From Collinsella sp. (GTDB lineage Bacteria; Actinomycetota; Coriobacteriia; Coriobacteriales; Coriobacteriaceae), in assembly GCA_014871745.1 (NCBI GenBank), contig WGSI01000002.1, forward strand, positions 24,615 through 88,614: a stretch of DNA of 64,000 nucleotides, read 5' to 3'. The notes below the pieces were generated by a model. That model saw nothing but the letters and a program-made list of their open reading frames with translations, was not told the origin of the DNA and did no database searches. The position numbers were made by a program, and so were the translations under genes. Every line of letters starts with the position of its first letter. The first letter of the stretch is position 1. Positions 9,569 through 20,390 of this stretch are shown here, piece after piece.

Positions 9569-9608
9569 TTGGTGGAGAGCTGGGGCAGCAGTAGGCCAAG
9601 CGAACAAG

Positions 9609-9639
9609 AAAAAGGGCGGCAACCGGGTGGTTGCCGCCC
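9609..9639 (-). terminator. Rho-independent terminator after the giant secreted-protein gene
   Basis: 11-bp stem GGGCGGCAACC/GGTTGCCGCCC followed by U5 on the minus strand, about 10 nt after the stop at 9649. Confidence 0.8.
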
Positions 9640-9648
9640 CTCGCGTAG

Positions 9649-12600
9649 CTAGTTGGTTTTCGTCTCGTGCCGAATGCCCTCGGTGTTGATGCGCGCTAGC
9701 GTGTACGTCACGTAGTCGGAGTGCGAATAGCCATCAAGGTTGCTAACGTTGACCGGTGTGTCGTCGACAACGTTGCCGGTCATAATATTGGCCGTAAGCA
9801 CCAAGCGGTAGTTTGCGTAAGTTTGGTTCTCACCCTCAACATTCGTATTCACTTTAACGCGGAAGGCATGCTTAAAGGCAAGGCTGTTGCCGTCGCGCGT
9901 GAGGAACGCGCCGTTGGTCTTGGTGTCGGTGAACACATAGCTGTTGCCGTCGGCGGATGCCACACCCGTGCCTAGGTAATCGCTGACGAGCACCGTAATG
10001 TAGTTCGAGATATCGCCGACCGGAGCATAGCCGCCATTATCTTGCCGCTGCTCCAGGCTCAGCGTGTAGGTCACCGTGTTTGCGGCGTCGATCTTAGCCT
10101 CGGCGCCCGTGAGCTTGCTCAGGTCGTAGGTACCCACCAGAGCGATCTCGCCGTCAGCGGACTTGAGGTCATCGATGTTGATGCCCAACTGGGATTTCTT
10201 AGACGCCTCGAGCGCGATGGTCGATGAGCCCACATCCATACGGTAGTAGCCGGCGCCGCCATCGTTGTATGCCGAGTTGCTACTGGTGCTGAGCGTGTCG
10301 GCATGCGTGGAAAGGTACGCGCGGTAGTTGGGTTTGGTGTAGCGGTCGGTGCCGCTGTTCTGCGAGGCCACGATACCCGCCTGGCAGGCAGGCTCCGTCA
10401 TGGTGAGCGCGGCCCTCATGGTAACGGTGAAGGCGTTGACATGGTTCTTGGCGATCTCGCGCAGGCCCGACATATCGATGGGATTACCCTCAGCATCGGT
10501 AAGCACCAGTGACATGTCGCCACCGTTCGCAGTCCAACTAAGGCCCGACACCACTGGGGTCTCCTTCGTGCCGGCCAGATTCCAACCCGACCCGCCCCAG
10601 GTGTAGTAGTTATCACCCACCTTAACGTAGAACTCATACGTGCCCTGCGTGCCCGTGGGGTATCCTACCGAGCCCGCGATGACGCCATCGTGATAGGTGA
10701 CAAGCGACGAATCGAGCTGATAATACAGCGCGTCAGAGCTCGTGTATTGCTGGCTCGAGTCAAACGTCACGGTGTCGCTCACGTTCATGGAAAGCGAATA
10801 GGTGGCTTCCTTGAGCTCCATCCGGTTGATGCTGTCCCTGTTGTCGACGAGGTTACGCTTGTTGTCAACGAGGCTGTGCGTGTAGTTTGATGCCACGCTG
10901 TAGGTCGAGGGCGTATTCTGGTGCCCATCCTCGGCAGCCTTGCCGTCGGCTGCTTTCTTGCCTCGCAGCAGGTAGTTGATGTGCTCGTTGAGGCTCGTGT
11001 CCACCGTGGTGGCGGTGTAGCCGTTGACGCCCGCGGACCCCGCCGGCGTGCGCACCACCAAGTAGAAGTTTTCGCTCTTGGGCTCTTCCTTATCAACGGA
11101 GAGGGTATAGAACGTGCCCGTCGCGTCGGAAGAAGTGCGCGCGCGGTAGTACGCGCCATCGACCTTGGCGCCAGCCATCTTCGCGAGTTCGGCCTGGCTC
11201 TTGTCCTTGACCTCGTCATCGGCGAGCTTGACCCAAGCGCCGTCCTTGTCCTCCTTGGCCTCATCGGCCTTCACGCCCACGATTTCGCTCAGCCACGGTT
11301 CGGTGTAGTAAGCCTTGTTGCCAGCGTCCACAAACTCGGTGAGCTTGACTGACGTCGCGCCACCCGTGCCCACCGTGTAGTGATATTCGCGGCTGTTGTT
11401 GGCCGTGTCCACGAGTGTGAGCTGTGTACCCTCGGGCAGCGTGGCACCGAAGGTAATGCTCTTGTTGAGCGGACCCATAGAGCCGCCGGCTTCGAGCAGC
11501 GTGTTCCAGCCGTAATCGACCGGCTTGCCCCGAGCGCTGCCATAGGTCCAGGTAAGGTAGCCGGTCATGGTGTCGCCGCTGCTCACAAGTACGTGCTTGT
11601 CGTATTTTGTCGCATAGTCGGCAGCCTTGAAGTTCGCACCTTCGGAGTAGGTGGCGGTAAAGTCGATCTCGAGCATGCGCTTGACGATGATGGGTACCTG
11701 TACACGGTAGCTCTGGCCGGCCTCGCTAAAGGTGACCGTAAGCAGCGTGAAGCGCCCCTGCTCATTGTCCCAGTCGGTGCTCGCGCGGAATGCCATAGAG
11801 CTCGTGCCATTGTTGAGCACCTTGAGCGTGGGCGCTTGCGAGGCGGCTACGTCCTTGACGAAGGTGCCGTTATCGGCGAGCGAGAAGACCTCGGCGGTGG
11901 CGGTCACATGCGCGGTGCTGCCGTTGAGGCGGCGGGCATCGGAGAAGCCGCCATTGGTCACGATGTTCAGGTAGCTCTCCACCGTCGTGGTATCGTTGCC
12001 CGGAATCACGAGCACGGGGAAGTCAGTTTTGGCCTTCTTGCCCGAAGTAATGTTGTTAGCGTTATAGGTGCTACGCGAGCTGTCCGCGCTATAGGTGCTC
12101 GTGTTTTGGTATGCGCCGGCATCATTGATGCCGGCGATGTTGGTGTAGGTGTAGCGGCCGGGAACGCGGGCACCCGCTTGGCTTTGGATGGTCGTCGCGG
12201 TGTCAATGGCGGCGCCGTCGCCAAACAGGTAGCGGTCGGTGGTGTCGCCGTCGGAGGCACGCACCGCCAGCGTGCTCACGGGCCTCGTGGTCACGTACGG
12301 ACTCGTTGCCGTGGTAGCAGTATCGCCTGCGCCGTAAAGCGTTTTGTTCTCGTTGGGCGCGGCAGCCGTGCCGTTGTAGTCGCCGAAGGCAATATAAGTT
12401 TTCTCGTTAACAGCAGCCGTATTCGTATTGGTCGTGTAAACCATCGGCGGCAGGTCGCTCGTGGTCTTGCCACTACCGGGCTTTACTTCCACGCCCGCTG
12501 CGGAAAGGCTGTACTTACCATCCCCCGTGTCAACCTCGCCCAAGAGTACGCCCTGGGTTTTGCCCGCATTGTAGCTATTGCTGTCCATGAGCACGTTTAA

Positions 12601-14486
12601 CAGATGGAACTGGCCGCGCCCGTCGCCCATAATGCCGCCGTTGGACCTTTCGCTAAACGTGGTGTTGGATACCTTTGTGTTGGTAACGTCAATGACGACG
12701 GATCCGCTGTTACTCGCGTTATTCGCGCCCAGCAGACCGCCGCTCCAGTTACCCTTAATCGTAGCGTTCTCGATCGCGATGTTGTTGCAGGCTATATTCA
12801 CATTGCTGAAGAAGTAGCCGATAAGCCCGCCCGAGCATTTGCCGGTGCCGGCGATGCTGACATTCTTGACACTGCAGTCGTCGAACCAGTACTTGTTGGG
12901 GCTACCGCTACTCGTAACCTCACCAATCAGGCCGCCCGCATTGTAGATGCTATTGTTCGTTCCGGCCTTATCGCCGATGACGGCGTTCTCGGTGCCGTTT
13001 CCGCCATCAATGCGCACGTTGCTCATAGAAATAACGCCGCCACGGGCGCGTCCGACCACGCCGCCGGCGCCCATATGGTCATCGGAGTTCGACCCGGTGG
13101 CTAGCACGTTTACCCCAGAGATGACTGCCGTGCACGACGACTGGGCCGCTGTGGTGGTGCCGATGTTGGTGTTGACCGAGATATCGCTTCTTTCGACATA
13201 GCCGAGCACGCCGCCCACGTAGGGCACTGTCCCTGTGGCAGTTATGGTCGAGTTTTTGCCAACGGTCCTTTCGCTCACCCCTGTGCCTGCGGTTGTCCAC
13301 ACACCGCACGCCGAGGCGACCGTACCCACATAGCCACCGACATTCTTCTCGCCCGTGACGTTAAGGCCAGTGTATGAGCAGTCATAGAGATACGCGGGGC
13401 CCCACCCGTCCCCGAACTCGACCATATAGGTTCTGTCTTCGCTCGTAGTTCGTCTGGCGCGGCCCGAGCTGCCAAGAAGCCCTCCTACGCTCTTTGCGCC
13501 CGACACGGTGCAGTTCTTCATCTGCACGTTGCGGTAGATGCCGCGCGTGCCGTCGTCGTAGTTGGCCGTTGCACCCGCCAAAAGGCCGGCACCGGTAAGG
13601 TCGTTCGGCGCCTCTCCTGGTTTGGCTTCGCCGTTGGTGCCGATATAGGTGAGCGCTACGTTGCAGTTGCTAAAGGTGAGGTCTTTGACCTGCGCGCCGT
13701 CGTTCGCGGTGACGCTCTGCCCCACATTGGTGGAGGTGAACATCACGGTGCTGAATAGACCACCCACGCCCGAGACCTTATAGTCGTCGTCGGCGTATTC
13801 GACGACGCCGTAGGCGGTGCCTTCGGTACCCACCGTGATGGTGGCGCCGTTACCGTCGATCGTGGCTACGTGCGGCGTAATACGGTCGCGGTCGGTGCCC
13901 GGCTGGTTCGAATTGCAGGCATTGGAATAGTAGCGGCCGTTTAGGCCCACGTACCCCGTGCCGTAGTCGGTCATATCGTAGGTGTCGCCCTGCTTGAACT
14001 CCAAGCTCATGCCGATCGATTTCGACGCGCACACATAGCCCGTTTGGTAGTCGGCAGCGTAGGACGCCACCAGGTAGGGCGAATTTACATCGTCATCATG
14101 GTCGAGCGGGCCGTGCCACCCCTGCTTGCCGGGGGCCTTCTGGTCGTCGTTTTTGGCGATTTCGAAATCGCCGGCAGCACTCTCAGGCTTGCCCACATTT
14201 GCGTAGTTAGCATTCCGTACCTTGCCATATTCCTTGTTGCCAAACAGGTAGCCGCATATCGCCGGGTCTTGCGAATCGCTGCCCCAGTAAGCCTTGGAAC
14301 CGCGGAACACGCCATTATTGGAGTAGTTGGTATGTGCCGCGCCAGCACCCGCACCCGAGCTGATGATGGCCGAGAGCACCAAAAGGCCCTGGGCGTTTTT
14401 CACCATGGTCACAGGAGCCTCGGCGTTAGTGCCGAGGTACTTGTTGTCGGTGCCCGTGGTGGTGACACAGGGGGTTCCTTTTTTTT
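9649..14486 (-). CDS. C-terminal half (~1,610 aa) of a giant GLUG-like secreted protein, out of frame with the N-terminal half at an A8 tract
   Basis: Continues the GG(L/V)(I/V)G beta-helix-like repeats (VGGLLG, AGGLIG, SGGLIG), then beta-rich domains. No RBS or signal peptide of its own. The frame opens around the T8 at 14479-14486 (KKGTPCVTT...). Confidence 0.8.
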
Positions 14487-17400
14487 GTGAGCTCGTTAAT
14501 CTGGTAGTTAGCGTTACCGTTTTCAACCTTACAGCCCTCGCTAAAGGCATAGCCATCAATCACGCGACCGACGTAGGGATTGTTGTAGAGATCAAAGTTG
14601 CCCTTTCCCAGACCACGAGATTTGTCACCAGTTCCAGCACGCCAGGAAGATTTTCCGCTTTTGTCCATATTGCGGAAAATCACGCCGCCACCCGCAATGG
14701 CACCGACGTAGCCACCAATGGGAACAAGATGCGGCTTGTCGCCACCGCCCGTGACGGTAAATCCCGTTGTAGGGTTTTCGGCCGTCGTCCCATTAACGAC
14801 CACGCCATCGATAATGTTATCGCCACCAAGGATGCAGCCGACAACGCCACCGAAAAACGCCGTCGGAACGCCGTCGGCATCCTTGGCAGAATAAGTAATA
14901 GTCGCCGACGCGTTCACATAGCGAATATTCAGATCGCGCACCACGCTGCCGTAACTATAGGGAATAAGGCCGCGAAGCGAACCCTCGTTATTCTCTATCT
15001 TGATGGTTGCGTTTTTATTATCACTGCCAAAGTTGCCAACGATGACGCCCCTAAACGGGTTGGCCCTATTTCCAAAACCGCCAAACGATGCGCCGTCGAG
15101 AGTAATCGTATTGCCCTCAGTAGGCTCGATGCTGTAATACGCGCTCTGCATATAGCGGTGCATGGTTTCGTCGCTCAGCGTCTGCGGGGAATTGGTCGAC
15201 GCGTCTCCGGTCTTCTTCTCCCATTTATTATCGGTACCGTTCGCCTGCTTGTAGACGTACGTAACCTCATTGTCGGTCGAGTGATCGCTGCTGCGGCGAG
15301 TGCAGAGCCTACCCTGGTCGGCGACAATGGTGACCTCCCAGCCGTCAAGCGCCGTCATGTTATTAATGTAGTTGGCAATGGCATTCATCTCCGCCGCGTT
15401 TGTGACGGAATAAGGATCGCCGTAGGTACCACATCCCATTACCAGCTTTGGAATGCGCTGGTTGACTTTAATTTCGTGATACTGGACGCCATCCTCGGCG
15501 GCTTTTCCCTTGTAAACATAAGGAAGGTAGTCACCGAACCAAGGCCTGACGTCACCGTCCTTCTTACCATCAACCGTCACATAGCCGCTCACGGCACCAT
15601 ACGTCGCTTCGTCGTAATACCAAAGCTGCTTGCCCGGGTACTCCGTACTCCCATCAATCTCGGATCCGTAGGTCACCTTGCCCGCATCGGCATCAGCCCT
15701 AGTAAAGGTGTAGTCCGCAGAGCCCGTGCCCGTGCTTCCGTAGCCAAAACTCTCCAGCAGGCTCGCATGGGTGAAGATCGTATTGTTCTCTTGGCTGGGC
15801 AAGCTGATTTGCTCAAACTTCGCCGTCACCTGATCGGCCTCACTGCCTACACCAAGCTTTCCGAACAGCGACGTAGCCGCCTTGGTGCCACTCGTGTACC
15901 CAGTAGTCTTGATATTCTTCGCGTTCAGGCTCACGTACTTCTGCATCTCGTTGATGAGCAGAGGCATATAGGCGTTAGCGTCCGTGGCGCTGTTGGCGCC
16001 GTCGACAATCAGATTGTTGAGTGTAAGATCATCAATTGAGATCTTTCTAATCTTGGTGCCATTGCCGTCGCTGGACCCATACACGTAGCGGCACACGAGC
16101 GCGCCCGATGAGCTTCCGCCCGCGCCAATAGCGTCAGTAGAGCTCTTTCCGTCATTGATAACGGGCCCAACGGTACCACCCAAAGTGACGTTGCTTACTG
16201 TGAGATCGCCGTCTGCCACCGTTTGAAAAAGACCGCAGTGCATGTTCTCGTGCTGGGTGGCATCGGAGTTTAGCTTGTTGCCATTCTGCTCGGCCTTGAT
16301 CTTGGAGTAGTAGAAGGTGATGGCCGCATTATTAACCGTCACCTCTCCGATCGGTTGAGTGGGATAGTAGCTGTAGCCGGCCAAATCGATTGTGCCCGTT
16401 ATGGTTATGGAATCATCGAGCCCTGTCGTACCATCGGGAACGATTGTCGAACGAATACCGGCGGGAGCATAGCAGAAAGCAGACCATAAGAGCAGCTTGT
16501 CCGCTGTATCGATTTGACTGCCACTAAAGCCGCCTTCACAATTCTTAGAGGCTATGTCGAGGTTGTAGAAGTAGCGGGTATTGCCGTTCGTATTCTGGCT
16601 TCGACCGAAAGACGAGCGATTATGGTAGCTGTTGTCTTTTGTGGAATCGCCGTCCATGTCCAGCTTGTTTTTCTGTGTGTGTAGCGAAACGACCGTGTTC
16701 CAGTCGGCGTCCATGAGCTTGCTGCCGTTGTTTGGTTTTACACCGCTGCCAACCCATTCATCGAAGGACGTTACGCCCGACGCAACGATGGCCCCCTCGC
16801 CGGTGGGCACCCTATAGGCGGTATCCCAATAAGCCTTGTCCTCCAAGTACAGGCCTAGGTAGCTCTCGACGCCATATGTCGTCTTATCATCCACCTTGCA
16901 GCCGCGGCAAACTAGAACGCCGAGCGTCTGAGCGGCGCCTGCATTAATCTTTGTGCCCGAGAGATCGATGGCGTAGTTGTTGATAATCCAGTGACCGCTG
17001 GCTGCGTATACAAGGCCGCCAAGCTCCTTGGAATCATCCACAGTCGCGATTATAGAAGCGTTGATCGTTTTCAAAGCATAGGAGTTTTCACTCTTGTTAA
17101 TGTTGTCATCTCCGATAGTTACGACCGCGTTGCCCCAGCTATAACCCAAGAGACCGCCCACGCCATTGAGCTTATCGCCGTTCTTTCCGACTCCCATCTT
17201 GAACGAGTTGAACGAAAGGCCCGTAATGTTAACGTCCTTTTTGGCCGAGTTGGCTATTGCCCCATCAGCCCCATAGGTGCTCTGTGCGATGCAGCCGATA
17301 AGACCGCCGACCTGGGCAATCTTGCCGCTGGTGCAATTGCCGGTTTCGATTGATCCGGCGACTTCGAGGCCCGCAACATTGAATGACGAGCCATAATCGC

Positions 17401-20326
17401 CCACATAACCAATGGCGCCGCCAATGCGACTATTGCCGTTAAGCGTTTTAGTTGCAGCGATGGTCGCTTGAGCCCTGCTGTTATCCTTAAACGCAACCGT
17501 AGAAGCCGCCGACACGCTGCCCGCAATACCACCAATGTTCACTTCGTTGCCGAACGTATCATCACACGCGATATTCGTTTTGCACGTTACGCCAGACAAT
17601 GGCAGGTTGCCGACGATGGTACCTGCAAGCGACCCGGCATCGATAGCCGAACCGTTATCGAACTTCATGGAACCAGCGATTGTGACGTTGGAGATGGTTG
17701 CGCCGTTGACGGCCGCGAACAAGCCCAAGCGGCCGTGGCGGTAGATTTTGCCGTTGCCGTTGCTCGTGTCATTGCCGTCGAGCACAGCTTCACCACGCTT
17801 GCCGTACGGCTCGCCGACGGCAAGGTTGATTGTGCCGTTGCCATTTGTGCCGCCGCCGTTCAACGTTCCCAAGAAAACTTGCGAGCCGTCTGCACGATCC
17901 TGCGTGAAACCCGTCAGGCCCGTGCCCTTGAGATCAATAGTGCCGTTCACCGTAATGGTCGAGGACTGCAAGATGTTCGGGTTGTTTTCGGAAACGCCCT
18001 CGACCATGGAGTAGTAGCCGTTGGTTTGCCAGGTGATTGCAAGTTTGGCGAAATCCTCAACAGAGGTTAGGGTGTAGGCACCGTTAGCTGCCGTCAGCGA
18101 ATCCGGCAAGGTCAACTTATGAGTGTCCACATCAAGCTTAATGAAGTCGCCGCCCAGACGAATAACTTCGCCGTAGGTCGCGATGTCGTCCGTCTTCGAG
18201 GCAGTATTGCTACGTTTGAAGGTCCAGCCCGCTGCACCCTTGTCAGCGTCAGAGCCATCGCCGACAGCAAAAATCAGCGCGTTGTGGTTCTCGTATACGA
18301 GCTGGCCCGTCGTGCTGTTTTCGGCAAAACTTGCGCCCGACAGATCCGTGATGCCGCTGAATTTGATTACAGCATTCCACGCGGAGCCTGCAATTCCCGC
18401 GGCACGGTTGCTTTGCGCCTTACCGATAGGATTGTCGCTTGTAAGTTTGAAATCTCGCACGTCAAGGACATTGCGCGCGTCGACAACGCCCACGGCACCA
18501 CCGAACTTTCCGGCGTCCGTTCGCGCCGAAGCATCTCCCTTGCACGCAACCGTCACGCCGTCGAGCACAACGGCGACAGGCTGCGAATTGGAGTCCGCGC
18601 TATCGCCAACATAGCCAACAACACCGCCCGTATCGGACAGCTTGCCCGCAAGTTCAAACTCAATTGAGCACGTTTTCTTATCCGCATCCTTTTGGACCAC
18701 AAAGGCGCGCAGCGACTCATCGACGCCTTTTGCCGTCGCAAACACCTTGCCGACAAGGCCGCCGTAGCTGCCGTTGAAGCTAACTTCTTCCGGTAAGGTG
18801 AACTTGCTCTTATACGTTCCGCCTTGCACCACGATGTCGCCATTAGAAATATCGGCCACACCAAAAAGGGCGCCGGCGCGTTGCGATGCACCAAGCGTCA
18901 CAAGCTTGCCCAGGTCGAACATATTGGGCTTAACGATAAATCCTTGCGCAAAGCTCACGTCGCCGATGACGCCACCGGAGCAAGCGCTGTCTTTATCGCC
19001 GACGTTGCACGCCGGCTTAACCGTTACGCCATCAGCGATGTTGAGCGTGAGGTTGGTGGCCTTACCGATAAGACCGCCCGCCGCGTTTTTACCTGCGACG
19101 CTCAGCGCCGAGACATCGATGCCAGTTGGTAGGGCGACGGTGGCACCCTCCCGCGCCTCGCCGATAAGACCCCCCGCGTTGGCATCAGCGGCTGTCGCGT
19201 TGATAGTGGGGGTACCGTCGAGTTTGTCCGGCAGGGCGAGGCCCGCAAGCGTAAGCGATGCTCCTTCGGCAAGGGTGTTCACAAGCAAGCCCATGTTGCC
19301 TGTGCTCGATTGCATATCAATCGCCAGGGGGCTGTTCGCGCTTGTCACGTAGGTTGCGTTAAGCGTGAGCGCGCCCGTGACCTCGCCCACAAGTGGCGAG
19401 GCGAGCTTGCAGATGTCCTTTTCGGTATCGCTCTTGGGCGTGCCCACGGTTACGGTGGCAGCAAGCGTCTTGTCCGCGCCCGTGACCTTTGCGGCCACGA
19501 TGGGCTGGGCATCGGTACCCTTCCAGGTGAGCTTTACGGTGCTGTTGGCGTCGCTGAGCTCGATGTTGTTGAAGAGCGTCTTGTTGACGGTCAGGGTCCT
19601 GTCGCCGAGGTTGAGCGCGCCTTTGAAAGGGTAGGCATCGCTGCCGAAGCCCTGGAACGTGAGGCTACCCAGGCCGTCCACGATCTCCGCGCCGCACACG
19701 TCGAAGTCGATGCCGGTCGAGCCACCTTTGGAGATGTTCGCGTTCTGGTAGATGGCGGGATCGGTGTTGGAGATGGCGATAAGGTCGGCGTTGGACTCAA
19801 AGGTAATGGCCGTGACGGCGCCCAAGTCGTCAGTGATGACATTGCCGTCACCCAACGCGTGCCTGAGATCCTCGACAGTAGCGATGGTGGGGGCGGTGTT
19901 TGCCTGATCAGCAGCATCCGCGTCCGCGTCATCCGCTTGTTCTCCGTCAGCAGCACCCTCATCGGCAGCCGCATCGTCTTGGGACGCGTCGCCCTCCGTT
20001 GGGGTATCGCCGTTAGTGGTTCCATCGGTCGTGGAGTCCTGCGATTCGCCAGCGTTGGTAGAACCGTCGCCGCCCTCGGTAGCGCCAGCGTCGGCGCCCG
20101 GAGTCGTTGCGACATCATCAGATGTAGCCTGGTCAGCATCTTGCAGCGCGGTGGCCACAGCATCCTGTACGGAGCGCGCCGTGTTGCCCGCGGCGCGCGC
20201 GGCGGAGACGGATGCCTCCATGACGGCGTCGAGCTCTTGCGCGAACACCTCCGTGGAGGGCGCAAGCGCCTGGAAAATCATGATCGCAGTCAGGCATGCG
20301 GTTGTTATGCGCTTTGCCGTTCTCAT
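14426..20326 (-). CDS. N-terminal half (1,966 aa as sequenced) of a giant secreted GLUG-like repeat protein
   Basis: Sec signal MRTAKRITTACLTAIMIFQALAPSTEVFA, an acidic linker, many GG(L/V)(I/V)G repeats and a GCGTYGDPYSVTNAAEM motif. Ends in an aberrant tail (KKRNPLCHHHG...) just after the A8 tract. Confidence 0.85.
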   Translation of the reverse strand: MRTAKRITTACLTAIMIFQALAPSTEVFAQELDAVMEASVSAARAAGNTARSVQDAVATALQDADQATSDDVATTPGADAGATEGGDGSTNAGESQDSTTDGTTNGDTPTEGDASQDDAAADEGAADGEQADDADADAADQANTAPTIATVEDLRHALGDGNVITDDLGAVTAITFESNADLIAISNTDPAIYQNANISKGGSTGIDFDVCGAEIVDGLGSLTFQGFGSDAYPFKGALNLGDRTLTVNKTLFNNIELSDANSTVKLTWKGTDAQPIVAAKVTGADKTLAATVTVGTPKSDTEKDICKLASPLVGEVTGALTLNATYVTSANSPLAIDMQSSTGNMGLLVNTLAEGASLTLAGLALPDKLDGTPTINATAADANAGGLIGEAREGATVALPTGIDVSALSVAGKNAAGGLIGKATNLTLNIADGVTVKPACNVGDKDSACSGGVIGDVSFAQGFIVKPNMFDLGKLVTLGASQRAGALFGVADISNGDIVVQGGTYKSKFTLPEEVSFNGSYGGLVGKVFATAKGVDESLRAFVVQKDADKKTCSIEFELAGKLSDTGGVVGYVGDSADSNSQPVAVVLDGVTVACKGDASARTDAGKFGGAVGVVDARNVLDVRDFKLTSDNPIGKAQSNRAAGIAGSAWNAVIKFSGITDLSGASFAENSTTGQLVYENHNALIFAVGDGSDADKGAAGWTFKRSNTASKTDDIATYGEVIRLGGDFIKLDVDTHKLTLPDSLTAANGAYTLTSVEDFAKLAITWQTNGYYSMVEGVSENNPNILQSSTITVNGTIDLKGTGLTGFTQDRADGSQVFLGTLNGGGTNGNGTINLAVGEPYGKRGEAVLDGNDTSNGNGKIYRHGRLGLFAAVNGATISNVTIAGSMKFDNGSAIDAGSLAGTIVGNLPLSGVTCKTNIACDDTFGNEVNIGGIAGSVSAASTVAFKDNSRAQATIAATKTLNGNSRIGGAIGYVGDYGSSFNVAGLEVAGSIETGNCTSGKIAQVGGLIGCIAQSTYGADGAIANSAKKDVNITGLSFNSFKMGVGKNGDKLNGVGGLLGYSWGNAVVTIGDDNINKSENSYALKTINASIIATVDDSKELGGLVYAASGHWIINNYAIDLSGTKINAGAAQTLGVLVCRGCKVDDKTTYGVESYLGLYLEDKAYWDTAYRVPTGEGAIVASGVTSFDEWVGSGVKPNNGSKLMDADWNTVVSLHTQKNKLDMDGDSTKDNSYHNRSSFGRSQNTNGNTRYFYNLDIASKNCEGGFSGSQIDTADKLLLWSAFCYAPAGIRSTIVPDGTTGLDDSITITGTIDLAGYSYYPTQPIGEVTVNNAAITFYYSKIKAEQNGNKLNSDATQHENMHCGLFQTVADGDLTVSNVTLGGTVGPVINDGKSSTDAIGAGGSSSGALVCRYVYGSSDGNGTKIRKISIDDLTLNNLIVDGANSATDANAYMPLLINEMQKYVSLNAKNIKTTGYTSGTKAATSLFGKLGVGSEADQVTAKFEQISLPSQENNTIFTHASLLESFGYGSTGTGSADYTFTRADADAGKVTYGSEIDGSTEYPGKQLWYYDEATYGAVSGYVTVDGKKDGDVRPWFGDYLPYVYKGKAAEDGVQYHEIKVNQRIPKLVMGCGTYGDPYSVTNAAEMNAIANYINNMTALDGWEVTIVADQGRLCTRRSSDHSTDNEVTYVYKQANGTDNKWEKKTGDASTNSPQTLSDETMHRYMQSAYYSIEPTEGNTITLDGASFGGFGNRANPFRGVIVGNFGSDNKNATIKIENNEGSLRGLIPYSYGSVVRDLNIRYVNASATITYSAKDADGVPTAFFGGVVGCILGGDNIIDGVVVNGTTAENPTTGFTVTGGGDKPHLVPIGGYVGAIAGGGVIFRNMDKSGKSSWRAGTGDKSRGLGKGNFDLYNNPYVGRVIDGYAFSEGCKVENGNANYQINELTKKRNPLCHHHGHRQQVPRH

Positions 20327-20390
20327 CTGGTCCTACCTCGTTCTATCTCATGCCCCGTGCGGGGTCTCAAAATCACAGATTGCGGTTGGC

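Noticed and set aside
14479..14486. Programmed -1 ribosomal frameshift at A_AAA_AAA/G
   Set aside because: Joining the two ORFs needs removal of one base (a +1 shift), not -1.
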